From Clostridia bacterium (GTDB taxonomy: Bacteria > Bacillota > Clostridia > JAAYHZ01): a stretch of 64,000 bases of DNA. The stretch lies in NCBI GenBank assembly GCA_050950825.1, contig JBMNIH010000005.1:32001-96000 (forward strand), read 5' to 3'. The notes under the pieces were generated by a model. The model did no database searches and was not told the DNA's origin. It saw only the letters and a list, made by a program, of their open reading frames with translations. The translations under genes were made by a program, and so were the position numbers. This document shows, in pieces, positions 59,356-64,000 of the stretch; the first letter of the stretch is position 1, and each line of letters begins with the position of its first letter.

Positions 59356-59521
59356 TCACTTTATTACTAAAATCTTGATTTTTAGCACAAATTTATTTTT
59401 AAAAATGTTAAATTTCTGCCTTCAAGCCTTATATATCCCCGTTACCACTACAGTTCCGAAGGGTTTTATGGTAAGATGGAAAAAATAATTTCAACATCAA
59501 AGAACAGCGGAGATACCATAC

Positions 59522-60211
59522 ATGATCATGTACAAATACGAAACCCATGCTCACACATCGGAAATCAGCCTGTGCGGAAAAATCAGCGCCGCGGATTTGG
59601 TCAGGTTCTATAAACAACAAGGATACAAAGGCATATTCATAACCGACCATTTCATAACCGGCAACACAACGGTACCGAAGGATTTGCCTTGGAAAACACG
59701 CATCGATATGTACTGCAAGGGCTTTGAAAACGCATATGCGGAGGGAAAGCGTATCGGGATTGACGTCTTTTTCGGTTGGGAACACTCATTTCAAGGAACG
59801 GACTTTTTGACCTACGGTTTGGACAAAGAATGGCTTTACGAACATCCGGAGCTGGAGGCAGCGGACCTGAATACATACAGCGACATTGTAAGGGCTAGCG
59901 GCGGTTTTGTGGTTCATGCCCATCCCTTTCGCGAAGCCGGCTATATCAGTATGATCCGTCTGCTTCCCCGTAAGGTGGATGCGGTGGAAACGGACAATTC
60001 ATGCCGAACGGATTTTGAAAACTTTTTGGCCAATCAGTATGCCGAAAATTACGGCCTTTTGAAATTCGCCGGGTCCGATAACCACAGAGGGCCTCTTCCT
60101 CGCCTTGCGGGAATACAGGTGGCCGAGCCTTTAAAAACGGAAACGGATCCGGTTGATGCCATAAAATCCGGGAAATTTGAAATGTTCTCGCTTATCAACG
60201 ACGGAAAATGA
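59522..60211 (+). CDS. PHP domain phosphoesterase
   Basis: ETHAHT, ITDH, HAHPFR, GSDNH. Confidence 0.88.
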   Translation: MIMYKYETHAHTSEISLCGKISAADLVRFYKQQGYKGIFITDHFITGNTTVPKDLPWKTRIDMYCKGFENAYAEGKRIGIDVFFGWEHSFQGTDFLTYGLDKEWLYEHPELEAADLNTYSDIVRASGGFVVHAHPFREAGYISMIRLLPRKVDAVETDNSCRTDFENFLANQYAENYGLLKFAGSDNHRGPLPRLAGIQVAEPLKTETDPVDAIKSGKFEMFSLINDGK

Positions 60212-60344
60212 CATTCAATATTCCATAGAAACTATGGTGTATAGAAGAAAAAGTTGAATCATCATTCGGGGAATGCTAGAATGAAACAAAGAAGCTTTGA
60301 AGCTTTTGGCTAGGCCAATAGGATAAATAAAAGGAGTTGATTGT

Positions 60345-61169
60345 ATGCCATTACCGGTAGCGCTGCAAATGTATTCGGTAAGAGACGAATTAAGTAAAGA
60401 TTACAAAGCCACGTTAGAAAAAGTCAAGGCCATGGGCTACGACTATGTGGAATTAGCCGGGTTCGGAGGAAAAAGCGTCGATGAAATAAAGAAACTGTAC
60501 CAAGATGCCGGACTATGCATCATATCCGCCCATGTAGCTATTTCGGAACTGTTAGAGGACACGAAGAAAACCTTGTCGGAATATGCCTCTTTAGGCTGCT
60601 CCTATATCGCCATTCCTTGGCTGGAAGAAGAAAGACGTCCGGGGCATAAGGGATTTGAACCGACCATTCAAGACATTTTAAACATCGGAAGAATCGCAAA
60701 GGAAATGGGAATGAGCCTGCTTTATCACAACCACGATTTTGAGTTTGTCACAATCGACGGAAAATACGCTTTGGACATTCTGTACGAAACGATACCGGCG
60801 GATATCTTACAGTCCGAAATCGATACCTGTTGGGTTCATTTTGCCGGCGTCAATCCCGTGGAATATTTGAAAAAATTCAAAGGACGTGCACCCGTTGTAC
60901 ACTTGAAAGATTTCACCGCCGACGACACATCCTCTTCCGACACTCCCTACGACCTCATCATGAGCAATGCGCCGAAAAAGACAAGAGAGGAATCCCACTT
61001 TAAATTCCAACCTTTAGGCTACGGAAAACAAGACATTCCTTCTTTATTGGAAGCTTGCGAATACGTAGGAGCCAAATACGTTATCGTGGAACAAGACGTT
61101 TCAACCGATCGAACCGGTTTGGAGGATGCGGAAATCAGCCGTAACACATTGAAAAAATACGGATGGTAA
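60345..61169 (+). CDS. Sugar phosphate isomerase/epimerase (AP endonuclease 2 TIM barrel)
   Basis: LQMYSVR, VELAG, YHNHDFEF, EIDTCW, HLKD, VEQD. Confidence 0.88.
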   Translation: MPLPVALQMYSVRDELSKDYKATLEKVKAMGYDYVELAGFGGKSVDEIKKLYQDAGLCIISAHVAISELLEDTKKTLSEYASLGCSYIAIPWLEEERRPGHKGFEPTIQDILNIGRIAKEMGMSLLYHNHDFEFVTIDGKYALDILYETIPADILQSEIDTCWVHFAGVNPVEYLKKFKGRAPVVHLKDFTADDTSSSDTPYDLIMSNAPKKTREESHFKFQPLGYGKQDIPSLLEACEYVGAKYVIVEQDVSTDRTGLEDAEISRNTLKKYGW

Positions 61170-61227
61170 AATAGAAGGATATATTAAAAGGGGTAAGATG
61201 TCCGATTCATTTTTTAAATCGGACACC

Positions 61228-61800
61228 TTACCCCATTTCTATAAGGTCGCCTTCCATGGCTTCCGCCTCTTTTTTATCGTGAGTCACCATAATCACGGTT
61301 TTTCCTTTTGTATACTCTTTGATGTATTCCATAACCGAAATCTTCGTATCCTTATCCAATCCTTTAAAAGGCTCGTCAAGAAAAAGGATGTCACGGTCCG
61401 CCAAAACGGCGCGGACAATGGACACTCTCCGCCTCATACCGCCGCTTAACCGGTTCACCGGTTTATTCATGCTGTCTCCCAAACCGATTCGATTTAAATG
61501 CTCTTTAATCGTTTCGATTTTTACGTTTTTGCCGCAAACAATACGTACGTTGGATATGGCGCCGAAGGTTTCGCATAAGCGTTCTTCTTGAAAAACGGCG
61601 CTCTTTCTTTCAGGGATGCCCGTAATATTCCCTTCGTCGGGAGTCAATAAGCCCGCCATAATATTAAGCAGAGTCGTTTTCCCGCATCCGGAGGGTCCCA
61701 TAATGCAAGTGACTTTGCCTTTTTTAATGACGGCGGAAAAATTCGTCAGTACTTTTTTGTCGCCGAAGCTTTTGGAGATATTGTCGAGCCGTATATCCAT
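61228..61800 (-). CDS. NitT/TauT ABC transporter ATP-binding protein
   Basis: GPSGCGKT, LSGGM, LDEPF, VTHD; ATG 61800 overlaps the permease stop. Confidence 0.9.
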   Translation of the reverse strand: MDIRLDNISKSFGDKKVLTNFSAVIKKGKVTCIMGPSGCGKTTLLNIMAGLLTPDEGNITGIPERKSAVFQEERLCETFGAISNVRIVCGKNVKIETIKEHLNRIGLGDSMNKPVNRLSGGMRRRVSIVRAVLADRDILFLDEPFKGLDKDTKISVMEYIKEYTKGKTVIMVTHDKKEAEAMEGDLIEMG

Positions 61801-62618
61801 CAATATGTCTCCCTTAGGTTCAAAAGATATGCCAATGTCTTTACAAAAATCTTTTCCGCTAGGATGCTTAAGGCGATAATCACCAAGGTCCAAGCGAAAA
61901 GATCTCCCGTACTGAAATACACCTTCGCTTCGTAAAGCCTCTCTCCGATTGAGCCCGTAGGAATACCGATTACCTCGGCGGCGACGCCGGCCTTCCAGGA
62001 AAGCCCGATGGACACGGTGCAAGCGGAGAGAATGTAGGGCGTAAGGTGCGGTATATATATGTACCGCAGTCTTCTCCACCATCCGATATTAAACAAGTCG
62101 GCCATTTCCAAAAGCTGTTTGTCCGTGCTTCGTATCCCCAAAAGTACATTGGTATATACAATGGGCAGCACCATCAGAAAGGAAATGAATACGGATAGAT
62201 TCCTGGAATTCAACCAAATAAGGCAAAGAATGATGAAAGAAGCCACAGGCGTAGCTTTTATGGCCGCCATGTAAGGGCGAAGCAAGATATCGGCAATACG
62301 AAATCGGCCGGCGATGACGGCCAGCAAGGTGCCGATGAAAGACCCGATTAAAAAGCCGGATAGAATTCGGGATACGGAAAAAGCAACGGAACGCCAAAAA
62401 TCCCCTGTCGGAATCATGCGGAATAACCGCTCCAAAACGACAAAGGGCGTTACCAAAAGCAGCCGGTTGTTTATGGCCATGGCAAGAAGCTGCCATAAAA
62501 GGAGGGCGGCTAAAACAGCCGCCGCTTTTTCCAACCTCTTTTTATTTCGATTGATAATAGAAATCAGCCTCCGGAAGCTTTCCTCCCACGGCTTTCGGGT
62601 TTTGTGTGAAGAGCACAT
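61800..62618 (-). CDS. NitT/TauT ABC transporter permease (start uncertain)
   Basis: ATPVAS, LLEMA..F, SWKAGVAAE. Confidence 0.88.
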   Translation of the reverse strand: MCSSHKTRKPWEESFRRLISIINRNKKRLEKAAAVLAALLLWQLLAMAINNRLLLVTPFVVLERLFRMIPTGDFWRSVAFSVSRILSGFLIGSFIGTLLAVIAGRFRIADILLRPYMAAIKATPVASFIILCLIWLNSRNLSVFISFLMVLPIVYTNVLLGIRSTDKQLLEMADLFNIGWWRRLRYIYIPHLTPYILSACTVSIGLSWKAGVAAEVIGIPTGSIGERLYEAKVYFSTGDLFAWTLVIIALSILAEKIFVKTLAYLLNLRETY

Positions 62619-63519
62619 TCAAATATCCCTCCAAGACGGTCTTCATTTCATCCCCGTCTATATATGTGATATTGCAGTACGGAATCGCTTTTTCCGCTAC
62701 CTTCGCCGCAACGATACCGAATTGCTCCGATAACTCGGCGGTCTTCGCGACATCGTCATTGGCTTTTTCCGTGGACGTTTTGTATTCTTTCAAAAACGCG
62801 GCAATTTGATCAGGATACTGTTCCGCAAATTCGCTTCTTACCACCAACACACCGGTAACCGATAAGCTTCCCGTTTTCAGATCCTCCCACGCCTTGTTCA
62901 AATCCAGCGCCATCCGCAGTCCTTCCACTTGGGTTTGGGCAACCGTTACGTAAGGTTGGGGAAGCATCGCCACTCCGGTTGCCGATTGGGAAAGAAGAGC
63001 CACGATTTCGGTAGGCTCGGATTTCCATTCCAGGGTTACGTCGTTGTCCGGATCGATTCCGTTTTCTTTAAGCAAGTAGCGTAGGTTGTATTCCGGAACG
63101 GAACCTTTGCCGCTGGCGTAAATGGTCTTGCCCTTCAAATCGGCGAAGGATTTCACAGAATCTCCTTTTTCCACAATGTACAAAACGCCTAAGGTGTTAA
63201 TAGCCAAAATTTTGATCTTTCCTTCGGTGTTGTTGTATAGAACCGAGGCCAAGTTGGCCGGTACGGCGGCAATGTCCAGTTCTCCTTGCAAAAGCTTCGG
63301 AGTCACTTCATCCGCGGAACCGTACACCGTAAGTTCATATTTATTCTTCGTTTCTCCTTTATCGGAAGAATCGATTAAATTCACCAAGCCGATGGATGTA
63401 GGGCCCTTTAATCCCCCTATGCGAATATCAACGCCTTCAACGGACTCGTCTTTTTTACATGCCGTTAAAAACGATAAAACCAGCGTTAAAACTGTGAGCA
63501 AGCAAATAATCTTTTTCAA
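62542..63519 (-). CDS. NitT/TauT ABC substrate-binding lipoprotein
   Basis: Lipobox LTAC, LKGPT, DIAAVPAN, LPQP, LP..DFYY. Confidence 0.88.
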   Translation of the reverse strand: MKKIICLLTVLTLVLSFLTACKKDESVEGVDIRIGGLKGPTSIGLVNLIDSSDKGETKNKYELTVYGSADEVTPKLLQGELDIAAVPANLASVLYNNTEGKIKILAINTLGVLYIVEKGDSVKSFADLKGKTIYASGKGSVPEYNLRYLLKENGIDPDNDVTLEWKSEPTEIVALLSQSATGVAMLPQPYVTVAQTQVEGLRMALDLNKAWEDLKTGSLSVTGVLVVRSEFAEQYPDQIAAFLKEYKTSTEKANDDVAKTAELSEQFGIVAAKVAEKAIPYCNITYIDGDEMKTVLEGYLNVLFTQNPKAVGGKLPEADFYYQSK

Positions 63520-63535
63520 CTGTATTCCCTTCTTT

Positions 63536-63602
63536 CTGTTAACAATTTATCAATCAAGTATTCTTTGCCTGCTATTATATAACCACACGACATGGAAAGC
63601 AA
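63536..63602 (-). promoter_or_regulatory. sigmaA promoter with downstream Rex-like palindrome
   Basis: TTGCTT-17nt-TATAAT (63602-63574); TTGATAA-attg-TTAACAG (63553-63536). Confidence 0.5.
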
Positions 63603-63706
63603 GTTTACATTATTGATTATCCGTCCGGCGAAACGGAGTAAAAAAATAGTTTAGAAGTGACGAAAAGGCTTTTTATGCTTAAACATATATTTTCATTGAT
63701 CCGACT

Positions 63707-63753
63707 AAAAAGCAAATGGAAGAACGCATTGTCGGCTCTTCCATTTGCTTTTT
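63707..63753 (-). terminator. Intrinsic terminator
   Basis: AAAAAGCAAATGGAAGA..TCTTCCATTTGCTTTTT. Confidence 0.75.
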
Positions 63754-63821
63754 CAATGATTTTTCAATATTAAAACTTTCCGACTCTTACCTTTTCGTTG
63801 TTGTCCTCATTGCAAGGTTTA

Positions 63822-64000
63822 TCAAAATCTATAGGGGAACTGTCCAATAATACCTTGTGTCATCACATCCGCCATTCTTAAAGCAAGCGCTTCAATTCGA
63901 TCAAATATATCTATACTCTCCTCGTATTGTCCGGTTAAGATATAAACAGCTTCGGATTTGGTCATTGCCAAATGCTCATACAGCATTGTCTTCCATTCTT
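63822..64000 (-). CDS. C-terminus of a conserved helical Bacillota protein (family often loosely labelled acetylglutamate kinase or LysM-associated), truncated by window edge
   Basis: Manual translation EWKTMLYEHLAMTKSEAV..FDRIEALALRMADVMTQGIIGQFPYRF*. Confidence 0.6.
   Translation of the reverse strand, partial: EWKTMLYEHLAMTKSEAVYILTGQYEESIDIFDRIEALALRMADVMTQGIIGQFPYRF

Noticed and set aside
1-64000. tRNA, rRNA, CRISPR arrays, transposases, prophage genes
   Set aside because: None recognised by eye; small RNAs could be missed without covariance-model searches

Overview
64 kb of a Clostridia-like (Bacillota) chromosome, judged from AGGAGG RBSs, sigmaA promoters and gene content. No rRNA, tRNA, CRISPR array or transposase was seen. 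From left to right: truncated CapA-family gene; SIMPL gene; csoR-copA-copZ copper operon; two unannotated paralogous membrane micropeptides; sfsA; a glycan/amino-sugar region with deletion scars (ROK kinase, nitrilases, deacetylases, DegT aminotransferase, sialidase-like gene, AraCs, two heparinase II/III-like lyases); an O-acyltransferase operon with an ECF-type promoter; topB; a candidate defence trio (PLD-helicase, DUF2075 nuclease-helicase, MazG-like); an orphan nucleotidyltransferase; DUF1538/P-II; a VTC-DUF4956-CotH-two-component operon; an aldehyde dehydrogenase; and a NitT/TauT ABC transporter. The best candidate for an undescribed system is a compact RiPP operon at 55317-59136 (-). 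It encodes an ArsR regulator, a 49-aa precursor missed by the ORF track (57903-58052, W-x-K-P leader, CX6C core), a PqqD/RRE, a radical SAM-SPASM enzyme, an HPr-kinase-like kinase and an S26-type peptidase. All family calls come from motif recognition by eye, not from database searches.
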